DNA of 64,000 nucleotides from Chloropicon primus (lineage: Eukaryota): the NCBI GenBank assembly GCA_023205875.1, contig CP060757.1:1178001-1242000 (forward strand). Reading direction: 5' to 3'. The notes below the pieces were generated by a model. It did not search any database. It was not told the DNA's origin and saw only the letters and a program-made list of their open reading frames with translations. A program made the position numbers and the translations under genes. This document shows positions 1-9,755 of the stretch, one piece after another (the stretch's first letter is position 1; the number at the start of each line of letters is the position of its first letter).

Positions 1-2490
1 CTTTCCTCCCTTCTTCTTCGACGCTGTGCTAACCGCCCGGCCCTTGTTTGAGTTGCTAGGGAGCTTGTACGACCACTCGAGAAGCTCTTGGTCCTGTTCT
101 GACTCAGTTGTGTCAAACTTGGACATCTCCGTCACAATCTCATTGACGGTCAGAGGCTTCTCGTTCACGGTCTTGCCCCTGCTCGAGGACGCAATCGACT
201 TGCAGACCTCCTCTATCGCGGTTGCGGTGTGACCCCGACTAATGTACGTCAGAGAGGACAGATCGAAGTCTGGTCTCAAGGGGATGCGCTCGTTCGCGAA
301 CTTTCTTGCCCAAAGTTCTCTCAGAGACGCATAATCGGGCAAGGGAAGATAAACGTGCTTGCTGAAGAAGCCGACGAAGGCCTTCTCATCCTTCTTCACG
401 CACAGCTGGGGCTCGCTGGAGTGACCAATCACAAGGAGCCTCTCTCCTGCTTTGACGGTCTTCATTTCCTTGAGCAGGTCTTTTTTGATCCTATCAAACT
501 TTTCCTCGGCATCCCCAAGGTACTCCTTCTGCTTCTTTTTATCAGAGCAGAAGACCTTCTCGGCCTCTTCGATCAGAATCACTGACGGGGCCATCGCTCT
601 CGCGACCTTGAAGACCATGTGAATCATCAGTTGAGACTCCTTGCCCTTGTACTTCCCGTCCGTATTCCTCGGACTGATGTTGAAGATGTTGGCTCCAACA
701 GACGTTGCGACAATGTTCGTCAGGAGCGACTTTCCTGAGTCCTTCACTCCGTAGAAAAGCACTGCCTTGCAGAATGGCGACCTTTCGTGAAGATATTCGC
801 TTCCCAGGGGCAGGATGCAGAGCTCCTTCACGAGCTCCCTAGTTTGCCCGATGGAGGGCCTGATGATCTCGTCAGTCTGCTTCAGGGCAGAACCCAAGAA
901 GTTGAATTCTCCGATGTACTCCTTCACGTTTTTTGTGTCATATGGGCGACAGATGCCCTGCTCAACAAGTTCGGCATACAGGGACTCCAAGCTCCTGTCC
1001 GCAGTGAGATCCTTCTTTCCTTTTCCCTTCTTCCCCTTCTTGTCTTTCTTTCCTTTCCCCTTCTTTTTCTTATCCTTCTTCCCCTTCTTCCCCTTCTTCC
1101 CCTTCTTTCCGCTCCTTGCCGCCTTCTCTGCCTCCACCATCTCTCTGAGGTTCTCAAGGAGAACCCTCATGTCCTTGTCCACTTCTACTCGAACTTCGTC
1201 GTAAACGACGGGGCGGAGCTCGTCCTTGACCATCTCAGCGTCATACTTTTGGAAAAAGTTGTTGCTCTCATCTCTTTCCTGCCACTTGCCGCTGTAACTC
1301 TTGACGCTGGTCTCTATGTCGGTGATGAATTTGGACTCTGGGGCCTTGTGCTCGTTCTGCTCCTCCTGCTCCTCCTCCCCTTTGTCATCGCCCTTGTCCC
1401 CCTTCTTGTCACCCTTCTTATCCTTCGAGTCCTTGTCCTTTGCATCCTTGTCGGCTTTGCCTGCCTCCTCCGCGGGCTCGTCCGGCTCCATCTCAGCTTC
1501 AGTCAAAATCATTTTCGAGCCTCCATCTTCCTCCTCGGGAAGGCTGTTGTACTCTCCGTTCTCAGGGTTCCTGGTCTCCACGAACCACTGGTTGATCTTG
1601 TCCTGAATCTCCTCCTTCATATCAGGGCCTTCCGTCTCGAAGATCCTTTCCTTGAGAGCAATAAGAGCCTTCTCGTACTCATCGCGGTTCTCTCCCTGCA
1701 TGATCCTTCTACGATCGAGGTTCTTCGCCTGCTTGGTGATCGGGTTGTCGTTCTCGTCCCTTGGCTTCGGCTTCATTCCGATGAATATGAGTTCCTCCTC
1801 TTCCATCAGCTTGACCTTCTTCCTCGTGATGTGAGCCCGAACCACGGACTGAATCTTGATGGCAGCCTCGTTCGGCGCTATAATGCGGCCGCTAACCTGC
1901 ATCTCCGTGTCAAAGGCTTGCTGCCTCTTCAGCTTCTCCACCAGCTTTGTCTTCTGTCGTCCCTGGCGACCGCGCTCGTTCGCCTGAATGATTTTAATGG
2001 CCTCCTCCTCCGGGAAGGGAATAAGCTTGTTGCCGTTCGAGTCCGTCGTCGCGTCGACATTGTACTTATCGAGAAGAGCGTTCATGAACTTCTTCCTCTC
2101 CCTGAGCTCCTTCTCCCTCTCGGACACAAAGTACCTCGGGATGGGTATCTCCACGCTCAGGGGCGTCAGCTTCAAGTCAACCAAGATGCTGTCAAAGCTG
2201 ACCAGGTCCACCTTGTCATTCAAGGTCGTCAGCCAGTCTCGAATTTCGAGCATCCTTCCCAGGCAGGCCTCGAGAGCCCTCTTTATGTCGAGGCGCTTCT
2301 GAGGATGGACCATCTGGTCGTAGGCGTCCTGCAACTTGGAGAATATCTGGACGTACTTAATGTAGATGCTGCTCCAGTCGGTGAGGTCCTTGGGCGCGAG
2401 GTCCGGGTCCTCTGGATTCTCCGTCTCCAGGACCTCCAGGACCTCCAAGACCGCCTCTCGCCACGACAAGTCGAAAGTTATGTTCGACAT
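1..2490 (-). CDS. DRC11: IQ and AAA domain protein, dynein regulatory complex subunit 11 (IQCA1/DRC11-like); 3' end runs off the left edge
   Basis: Not in the ORF track because no stop lies inside the window. Manual translation from ATG at 2490 gives MSNITFDLSWREAVLEVLE...YIKYVQIFSKLQDAYDQMVHPQKRLDIKRALEACLGRMLEIR, then Lys-rich KGKK tracts and an AAA Walker A (AVLFYGVKDSGKSLL) near 725-770. Confidence 0.85.
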   Translation of the reverse strand, partial: MSNITFDLSWREAVLEVLEVLETENPEDPDLAPKDLTDWSSIYIKYVQIFSKLQDAYDQMVHPQKRLDIKRALEACLGRMLEIRDWLTTLNDKVDLVSFDSILVDLKLTPLSVEIPIPRYFVSEREKELRERKKFMNALLDKYNVDATTDSNGNKLIPFPEEEAIKIIQANERGRQGRQKTKLVEKLKRQQAFDTEMQVSGRIIAPNEAAIKIQSVVRAHITRKKVKLMEEEELIFIGMKPKPRDENDNPITKQAKNLDRRRIMQGENRDEYEKALIALKERIFETEGPDMKEEIQDKINQWFVETRNPENGEYNSLPEEEDGGSKMILTEAEMEPDEPAEEAGKADKDAKDKDSKDKKGDKKGDKGDDKGEEEQEEQNEHKAPESKFITDIETSVKSYSGKWQERDESNNFFQKYDAEMVKDELRPVVYDEVRVEVDKDMRVLLENLREMVEAEKAARSGKKGKKGKKGKKDKKKKGKGKKDKKGKKGKGKKDLTADRSLESLYAELVEQGICRPYDTKNVKEYIGEFNFLGSALKQTDEIIRPSIGQTRELVKELCILPLGSEYLHERSPFCKAVLFYGVKDSGKSLLTNIVATSVGANIFNISPRNTDGKYKGKESQLMIHMVFKVARAMAPSVILIEEAEKVFCSDKKKQKEYLGDAEEKFDRIKKDLLKEMKTVKAGERLLVIGHSSEPQLCVKKDEKAFVGFFSKHVYLPLPDYASLRELWARKFANERIPLRPDFDLSSLTYISRGHTATAIEEVCKSIASSSRGKTVNEKPLTVNEIVTEMSKFDTTESEQDQELLEWSYKLPSNSNKGRAVSTASKKKGGK

Positions 2491-2601
2491 TGCGCTCTCT
2501 TCCTTCTGCAAAGACGTCTCCTTTCCACTTTGCCTTCGAGAGGACCGGGTAGGACTTCACACAGAAACCACGTCAAGCCGACTCCCAAGGTCTCGGCCTT
2601 T

Positions 2602-2632
<31 letters not shown>

Positions 2633-3078
2633 AAAGGGAGGCTTTCCCCTGCTTCCCCCCAGTGGTCTCTCTTGCCGCTTCCGCCCTCGTTGCCGTCGCT
2701 GACGCGCTCCAAGGTCGACCAAGGCCGTCTCTCCCTCTCCCTCCCTCTCTCCTCTTCCGCCAAACCAAGCTTGAAAATGGTCAAAAGGAGGAAATTTCCT
2801 CCTTCCTTTTTTCTTTTCTTTCTTCTTCCTTTTTTCAGAAAGAAACAAACGTCCTGGTGCCTTTGCTGTTCCATCATTGATGTTATCTTTGGGCCAGACG
2901 AGAACTGCCCGCCTGGTAAGACGACGACTTGGAGGGAGCGAGTTTTGTTTTGCGCTCGGTTGCTGACTTGACGCGTCGTCATCGTTCATCAGACCGATCT
3001 TGGCATTTGTGTCTAAACCTATGAATAGAATCGTATACAAGGATAACTGAAGTACTGTACACACACAACGGGAGGATG

Positions 3079-5307
3079 TTACTGCGCTCCTCTATCGAGG
3101 AAGTCGATTATGGCGGAGGGGAGGCCCTTGCCATCGCCGGGCCCCTGGGTCACGAGGGAGCTTTGGTCCGAGAGGTAGTCGAGCCTCTCCTCGTCACTGC
3201 GGAGGCAAAGGAGTTGGGTGATGACTGCGTGCGGTGCCAGAAAGCACTGAGAGGCTGGGCGTCCCGCGGCCGGGTCTGGTTTTTCCCGCACGAGAGCCTT
3301 GCCCCCGCGCTCCTCCCCAACCGTGAAGCGGCCGAAGAAGAGGCGGGGGCTCGAGAAGTACTTCTCCACCTTTCCCGGGCCATTGTCCCTCGCCTCGCCG
3401 CGGTCCGAGGAAGGAGCCCTCCTGCTAAAGTCCCCCCTGCGGCACAGGGTGTGAAGCATGCCCGCGGTCCTCATGCCCGACCTGAACGCCCCGTGCATCG
3501 TGGCGATGTTCTCCTTGATGGTCGCCTCCCCCGCGAAGAAGACCCTCTGGCAGACGTCCTCCGCCAGCACGTCGCAGGTTTCCCCCTTGGAGCCCACGAC
3601 GATGTTCGAGTAGCTCCCAAAGGCGAACTCGTCCCTCCCCCAGTCCGTGGCCTCGCAAGCCACGGGATCGGGCACGTTGCCGAACATCAGCCTGAGCCGC
3701 GCCATCATCTCGTCCTTGATCTCTTCCTTGCCCTTCCCCTCGAAGCTCCTCGCGGCCTCCCCGGAGGACAGGGCGACCAGCACGGGCGCCCCCGCCACGT
3801 GCTCGTACGAGTGGTACAGGAAGTGGCTCCCCCGATCCGCCTCCTCGTCCCCGTTGTTCGCGAAGCAGAAGGTGTCGTGATCAGACGGCCAGAACCTGTA
3901 GGGAAAGACAAGGACGCATTTGTTTATGGCCCCGAAGCCGATGGCCTGGATGGCTTCCCTCTTCCTGGGCGGCAGGGGCGGCTTGAACTTGATGTGCCCC
4001 CGCTTGAGGACCCCCACCGGCACGGTCACCACGCAGGCCTGGGCCCTGAACCTCCTCGTCTCCCCCCCCTTCTCCGCGGCCACGGTCACGCCCCCGTCGC
4101 GGCGGCCGTACTCCACCTCCGTCACCTTGTGGCCGTAGAGGACCGGAAGGCCCTTGGCGAGCTCGGCCACGAAGGTGACGTTGCCCCCGTGAACCAGGTG
4201 GTGCGTCCCCGTCAGGTTTTGCTCCTCGTCCTGCTCCGAGTGGACCAGGCACAGCTCGTCGAAGACCTGGGCGTGGGCGAACTCGAGGTGGGCCACGTGC
4301 CAGTTGATGAGCCTGTCCATTTTCTCGGCGCCCGCGTCGTCGTCGTCGCGGGCCGCCCTCCAGTCCCTGTGCAGCCCCCGGAACGTCTCGCCGTAGGACA
4401 GCGGCTTGGACGGCGGGGGCGAGATCGAGGGGAACGGGCCCCCGTTCCCCCTCCCCCTGGCCCGCGTCTCCCTGTCGATCCCGTGGAACACCCGGTGGGC
4501 CTCGTCGTCCGCCTCCCGGCCGACCCTTCGCCCCTCCCCGTCGTACATCGGGGGCTGGCTGGCCACCAGGACCTCCCGCTCCACCCCCAGCTGGTCCACC
4601 ACCGCGACCAGCGGGTTGTGCTCCCCCCCGTACAGGACGCTCCCCCCGAGCTCCGCCTTGCCGACGACGGCGGCCCCGCCGCCGCCGCCGTCGCCCGCGA
4701 GGGTCTTGGTGTGGACCCTCCCCCCCGGCCTGTTTCTCCCCTCCACCACGAGCACGGTGTGCCCGAGGGACGAGAGCTGCCTCGCGCAGGCCAGGCCGGC
4801 CAGCCCCGCGCCCACCACCACCACGCTCGTCGTCGTCGCCGCCGCGTCGGCGTCGGCGGCCGGGTCCGGCCCCACCCTCATCTCCCCGCTCACCCCGTAG
4901 TTCACGTGCCCGAACGTCGTCAGGTACGACCACGCGGCGTCCACGAGGTCCGGGCGAGCCTCGAGGTCCGCGAGCCTCGCCGCCGCCGCGATCTCCGCCC
5001 TGCACAGGAACCTCCCCGTCCCCTTCACCTGCTCCCACGCCCGGAGGACCATGTTCCTCGCCCGGCAGTACCCCTGCCCGTCCAGATCGATCGAGAGCGA
5101 CCGAGAGCGCGGCGGCAACGACGACGACGACGATGGGGACCGGACCTCGATCGGGCCGCTTCCCACGGGCCGCCACGACGACAGGAAGAACGCCTCCGTC
5201 GGGTCGAGGTCCCAAGGGTCGAAGCCGAACGACTTGGCCGCCCTCTCGTCCCGGGGGACCAGGGTCGGCTGGTACACCGTCCCCGTCCGGGCTCCGGGAG
5301 GCGCCAT
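3079..5307 (-). CDS. Lysine-specific histone demethylase LSD1/LDL-like (SWIRM plus flavin amine oxidase)
   Basis: SWIRM-like segment (YCRARNMVLRAW...AWSYLTTFGHVNYG), FAD motif VVVVGAGLAGLACARQL, EGRNRPGGRVHT, GFGAINK, FFAGEAT...TMHGAFRSG. Start placed at the first plausible ATG (5307). Confidence 0.85.
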   Translation of the reverse strand: MAPPGARTGTVYQPTLVPRDERAAKSFGFDPWDLDPTEAFFLSSWRPVGSGPIEVRSPSSSSSLPPRSRSLSIDLDGQGYCRARNMVLRAWEQVKGTGRFLCRAEIAAAARLADLEARPDLVDAAWSYLTTFGHVNYGVSGEMRVGPDPAADADAAATTTSVVVVGAGLAGLACARQLSSLGHTVLVVEGRNRPGGRVHTKTLAGDGGGGGAAVVGKAELGGSVLYGGEHNPLVAVVDQLGVEREVLVASQPPMYDGEGRRVGREADDEAHRVFHGIDRETRARGRGNGGPFPSISPPPSKPLSYGETFRGLHRDWRAARDDDDAGAEKMDRLINWHVAHLEFAHAQVFDELCLVHSEQDEEQNLTGTHHLVHGGNVTFVAELAKGLPVLYGHKVTEVEYGRRDGGVTVAAEKGGETRRFRAQACVVTVPVGVLKRGHIKFKPPLPPRKREAIQAIGFGAINKCVLVFPYRFWPSDHDTFCFANNGDEEADRGSHFLYHSYEHVAGAPVLVALSSGEAARSFEGKGKEEIKDEMMARLRLMFGNVPDPVACEATDWGRDEFAFGSYSNIVVGSKGETCDVLAEDVCQRVFFAGEATIKENIATMHGAFRSGMRTAGMLHTLCRRGDFSRRAPSSDRGEARDNGPGKVEKYFSSPRLFFGRFTVGEERGGKALVREKPDPAAGRPASQCFLAPHAVITQLLCLRSDEERLDYLSDQSSLVTQGPGDGKGLPSAIIDFLDRGAQ

Positions 5308-5457
5308 CGATGGCGGGGGCCCGAGGGGTCCGCGCCTCGCACTCCCTCCCGGAAACAAAAATAACGCCCCAAAGGAAAAAAGGAAAAATATATATAACCC
5401 CCCAAATGCCGAAATTTCGGAAATGCCGCTCGACCCCAACGCGGGAAATCTACTCGT

Positions 5458-5543
5458 GCGGGACTGACCCCTGGCGGCCAGGGCGCGGACTTCAAATCCG
5501 TGGCGGCCGCGAGGCCGAGCGGTTCGACTCCGCCTGACTCGCG
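5458..5543 (+). tRNA. tRNA-Sec (anticodon UCA), eukaryotic type
   Basis: Acceptor GCGGGACTG/CTGACTCGC, extended D stem, anticodon arm GCGGA-CTTCAAA-TCCGT, long variable arm GGCC-GCGA-GGCC, 4-bp T stem GCGG-TTCGACT-CCGC, discriminator G. Length is 86 nt and a T9 run follows. Confidence 0.92.
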
Positions 5544-5549
5544 TCTCCC

Positions 5550-5558
5550 TTTTTTTTT
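5550..5558 (+). terminator. RNA polymerase III terminator (T9) of tRNA-Sec
   Basis: T-run starts 7 nt after the tRNA 3' end. Confidence 0.75.
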
Positions 5559-5625
5559 AGTAGAGGGAGGAGAGGTTTGGGGAGTGGAACCGCGAGCGAG
5601 CGGGGGCACCCACGCGAACCCTGGA

Positions 5626-5637
5626 GTCCCCACATGG
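5626..5637 (+). promoter_or_regulatory. USE-like element (GTCCCCACATGG) upstream of the candidate ncRNA
   Basis: Resembles the plant snRNA upstream sequence element RTCCCACATCG. A related CCCCAAATG lies at 5400-5408, upstream of tRNA-Sec. Confidence 0.35.
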
Positions 5638-5663
5638 GGTCACCCACCGGCACAACGCGCCCA

Positions 5664-6237
5664 GCCCGGGGGAGGGGGAATCTACTCGTGAATTCGTGAA
5701 TTCGTTCCTCCTCCCCCCGGGAACCGAGGGAGCCGGCGAGCGGGCCCGCTCGGCGGGCCAGCGCTCCATGCTGCGTTTGAGACCACATGTCCTGCCGGCT
5801 CCGCGGTCTCGGTTCGCGGGCGCTGGATTTGTTGCCGGACCCCGGGGAAGGGACCCCGACCCGCGGCCCCTGACCATGCCTAAACCTAACAGTATCCCGC
5901 GAAATGCCTCGCCCCCGAGGCGGCCCCCCCTCGCACCGAGGGGGGAACCCCGCGTGGCCCGCGCGCCACGAGCCGGTTGAGCGGTTTTAGCAACGAAGTT
6001 TCCGCTCCTCGGTGACGGGGACGGTGTAGCTATCCGCTTGCTGTCGAGCCCACCGAACCAAAAAACACCGCTCGCTCGCTCGCGCTTCTTCTCTCCTCCT
6101 CCCTCGGGCTTGGGTTGACGGTCCGGTCCCACCACCGCGTTACTACGGTGTCGAATTGCTCGTTCAATGATTCGGGACCGGGGGAGAATGAATTGCACCT
6201 CTTCTCTCACCTCCCCACGGGCCAACCTTTTTTTTTT
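5664..6237 (+). ncRNA. Large structured Pol III-type ncRNA; telomerase RNA candidate (template CCUAAACCUAA at 5879-5889)
   Basis: Nested 5'/3' helices: 5664-5668/6218-6222, 5669-5675/6210-6216, 5676-5680/6202-6206, 5699-5707/6186-6194, 5714-5720/6178-6184. Also several internal hairpins, a T10 run at 6228-6237 and ~1.8 copies of CCTAAA. No credible CDS in the interval. Confidence 0.55.
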
Positions 6238-6387
6238 GGTTTTGGTTTGGTTTAACGAAACGTTTCGTTAAGAAAAGACGATTCCTGAGAAACAATGTCT
6301 TCTGGTTTTGAGGACGGATCTCCTCGATCGATCGCTCGCTCGCTCGCTCGCTCCTGCGCTCGAGGTCGGCCTTCCACTCAACGCAAG

Positions 6388-7543
6388 ATGAGCGGGCTGA
6401 TCCCGAAGCACACCGTGATGCAGCAGGCCCTGGCTTGCGTGGCCTACGGCGGGGTCTCCATATCCATCACGCTTTTCAACAAGGCGGTGTTCTCCATCTA
6501 CGACTTCAAGTTCCCCAACCTGGTCATGTTGGGCCAGATGGTGGTCACCCTGTCCCTCATCAAGGCGGCGTCCTCCTACGAGGTCGTGGAGGTGTCCCGG
6601 ATCTCGAGGGCGGGGCTGCGGAAGGTGGGTGCCCCCGACGAAGTCGTCGACGGCCGTCGTCGATCTCGGCCCATTTCAAACGGCTCCCACCGCCGAGAGA
6701 GTTGAGAATCGAACACAAAGATCGGATCTTGCTGACGACGCGCGCTCCCCATCCCTCTTCCGCTTTCCTCCCCATCCAACAACAACAACAACAACGACGA
6801 CGACGACGACAACGAAACAAAAAAAACGAAAGCTCTTTCCCCTGACGGTGGCGTGGTGGGTCTACGTCCTCTCCGGGGTGACCGCCCTGCGGTTTCTGAC
6901 GGTCCCGATGTTCGGACTCCTGCGGAGGGCCACGACCCTGTGCGTGGTCCTGGGGGAGTTCCACATGTTCGGCAAGGTGGTCTCCAAGGAGGCGGCCGGG
7001 TCGATCATGATCATGCTGGCGGGCGGGCTCGTGGGCGTGTCCAACGACCTGAGCTACAACTTCTGGGGCTACTTTTACATCTCCATCTGCTGCGCCAGCA
7101 CGGCGCTCTACCTCCTGCTGATCAGGAAGCTCAGGTTCGAGCTCAGGGTGAGCGACACCACGCTCCTCTACTACAACAACCTGCTCTCCCTCCCAGTGAT
7201 GCTCGTCTACCTCTGCTTCTTCACCAGGGAGTTCCAGGACGTCGCGTCCTACCCGAGGCTCGGGGACGTGAGGTTCCAGCTGTTCTACCTCCTCTCCGTG
7301 TCCCAGGGGTTCCTGTTGAACCTCTGCATCTTTCGCTGCACGACCATCAACTCCCCCTTGACGACCAACATCACGGGAATCGTAAAGGAGGTCATCACCA
7401 CGGCCCTGGGCCTCTTTCTCTTCCAGGACTACGTGTGGGACACCAAGAATGTGGCCGGGGTGGCGATTGGTTTGGTGGGAGGCATCGCCTACTCCGTGGC
7501 GGGCTACAGGGAAAGGAACAAGAAGAAGGACCTGTCGAGGTGA
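6388..7543 (+). CDS. Nucleotide-sugar transporter (SLC35D/TPT family); exons 6388-6624 and 6833-7543
   Basis: ALACVAYGGVSISITLFNKAVF, LTVPMFGLLRR, LLYYNNLLSLP, CTTINSPLTTNITG. The GT-AG intron 6625-6832 joins the frames. Confidence 0.88.
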
Positions 7544-7680
7544 CGCGCGCGCCGTGTACAACAGCAGCAACCCCGGCATCGGGGCATTTTTTTCACTGTG
7601 TACCAACAACAACAAGGACAAAACTTCTTTCAAGTGAAGAAGATTTGCATATGTACAACAATATATTATATATGTATCTT

Positions 7681-9446
7681 TCAAGGAACTCTCTTCAGGA
7701 TGCGCAGAAAGTCTCCCACGAGGTACAGGGAGCCCGTGACCAGCACGTGGATCTGCTTGGTGTTGTTCTGCCTCGCGTAAGTCCTGAGGGTTGACAGCGC
7801 CGCTTGGACCGAGCACACGGAGGACGACGACGACGACGACGACGACCCGCCCGTCGCCCCACTCGAGTCGGGGGAGCTTCTGCCCAGGGCCTCCCTCCCT
7901 CCGGAGCCCTTGCCCCCCGCCGCCCTCCCCAGCATTTTGTCCCAGATTCCCCTCAAGCCATTCTCCCACTTGTGGTCGCTCTGGTTGTCGCCCTTCAAGC
8001 TGGTCGTCGAGGAGACGAACGGGACGAAGAAGGACCTGTCAAAGCCCATGGTGTGCGCCCCCCCGGTGGCGCCGTCTCCCCCGTGATTCGTCTGCAGGGG
8101 CTCGAACAGCACGTTCGGGTCCCTGTCCCTCATGCAGTTGAACATGAGCCACCTCTCGCCGCTACTCGGGGAGGAGGCCTCCAGAGCCAACTTCGTGGCC
8201 CCTTGGTACCACTTGGAGCAGCAAAGCATGCTTTCCGGAGTGTGAGCGCCGTCAAGGTAGAACGTGATGTTCTCCGCCCCGCCGTCCCCGGGGTTGTCCT
8301 TCTCGATCTGCCCCCTTCCCGGCCACCTGCAGAGCTCCAGGCCCTTGAGGCAGTCCAGCGTCAGAGCCCCTTGGCTCACCACCGGGGACAGCTTCAGGTC
8401 CACCCTCTCCTGGAACGTCTGGCACAGGCTAACCGCCAGACCGGCGTTGGCCGCTTGGTGGTCCCCCGGAATCCCCAGCCTCACCTGGTCGGACCCCTCC
8501 GGCAGGCAATAGTCCCCCACGCTCCCGCTCTGCTTCAGAAACTCGACCCCCCTCTCCGAGGCGCAGTCTCGGAGGGACTCCATGGCCTCCTCCTCCTGCC
8601 CAACGGTGAAGGCCGGAACCCCCTTCTTGAAGATTCCCGCCTTCTCCCTCGCTATCTTCGCCAGGGTGTCCCCGAGAAGGTCCGTGTGGTCGAAGCCAAG
8701 TGAAGCGATGCCGCAGACCACGGGCCGGTTCACCACGTTCGTGGAGTCTATCCTCCCCCCGAGGCCCACCTCAACGACCGCCACGTCCACCTCCTCCTTG
8801 ATGAAGACGTAGTAGCCCATCAGCGTGATGAATCGAAAGTAGGCCGGCATCCCCTGCTCCGGGGTGCACGTCTCCTCCAGCCTGTTCCACACCTGCCAAA
8901 AATACTCGCAGAACTTCTCGTCCGAGATCGACTTCCCGTCCAACCTGATCCGCTCGTTGATATTGACCAAGTGGGGGGAAGTGAAGAGCCCGGTCTTCTT
9001 GCAGCCCGCGTGCCTCAGGATCGACTCGCAGAACGCGCTTGTGCTGCCTTTGCCCTGAAGTTTCGAGCAGAAGAAGAAGAAGAAGAAGAAGAAGAAGTTT
9101 TCATTCAAAGAACAGCAAGAGGCCCGAGAGGAGGAGAGTGGTGGGGTGTCAGCGAAAGTCGGGCGCCAGTTGCGGACGCGATCTCGAAGGCTGTGCTCAT
9201 CGGTGGAAGGAGAACGCGAGAACACGGCGGTCCCCTCGCGGCGAGCGACGTCCTTCGCCCTACCTTTGTCCCAGCAATGTGGATAACCCTGAGTCTTTCG
9301 GACACCTGGTCGTTCCCGATGCCCAACCGGTCGAGGCAGTCGAACGTCGATCGAAAGGCTTGCTCCCAGCTAGCACCGTTGTCCGGCCGCGCGCTCCGCT
9401 TCTTCTCGCTGATCAGCGTCCCAAGCTTTGCCTTGACCTCCTCCAT
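7681..9446 (-). CDS. FPGS: Folylpolyglutamate synthase; exons 9446-9264 and 9054-7681
   Basis: Splicing rebuilds IHIAGTKGKGST. Also FTSPHLVNINERIR, VEVGLGGRIDSTN, WPGR, YLDGAHT and VLVTGSLYLVGD. Confidence 0.92.
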
Positions 9447-9618
9447 CGCTCTCGAAAGCCTTGCCCCCCAGCCTCCCCTGCTGCTCCCGCTCCAAAAGGA
9501 ACAGAGCTGTTTGTTTCAGCTCTCAAACCCTTCCCCCTGTCGTCGTTCCTCGCAAGCGAAGGCTCTTTGGAAAGATCGAGAGGCGGCGGTTCGATCCGTG
9601 ACCCACGCCTTCGCCCTC

Positions 9619-9652
9619 CCCAACCCAACCCAACCCAACCCAACCCAACCCA
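9619..9652. repeat. (CCCAA)n pentanucleotide microsatellite
   Basis: About 6 tandem CCCAA units between the divergent FPGS and GCP3 genes. Confidence 0.85.
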
Positions 9653-9755
9653 CCTTGTCCTGGTCCTTCTCGCTGGTCCTCCTCCTCTGGATAAAGTCGA
9701 AGAGCGCTTCCACTCAGGCCTGGCCTTCGCGCCAAGGGGAGGAAGGAAAATTGAA

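Noticed and set aside
787..2634. 615-aa Leu-rich plus-strand ORF
   Set aside because: Antisense shadow of the Lys/Glu-rich DRC11 gene on the minus strand.
3076..5364. Long antisense ORFs (also 9771-12545, 27547-30270, 40183-41856, 43423-45303, 51077-52654)
   Set aside because: They mirror real genes on the opposite strand. High GC3 codon bias removes antisense stops, and no motifs are present.
5492..6225. Short GC-rich ORFs in the LSD1-to-transporter gap
   Set aside because: Low-complexity Arg/Pro/Gly translations with no motifs. The region is better explained by tRNA-Sec and a structured RNA.
6254..6269. Perfect 16-bp palindrome AACGAAACGTTTCGTT
   Set aside because: Isolated in low-complexity AT-rich spacer DNA with no supporting context.
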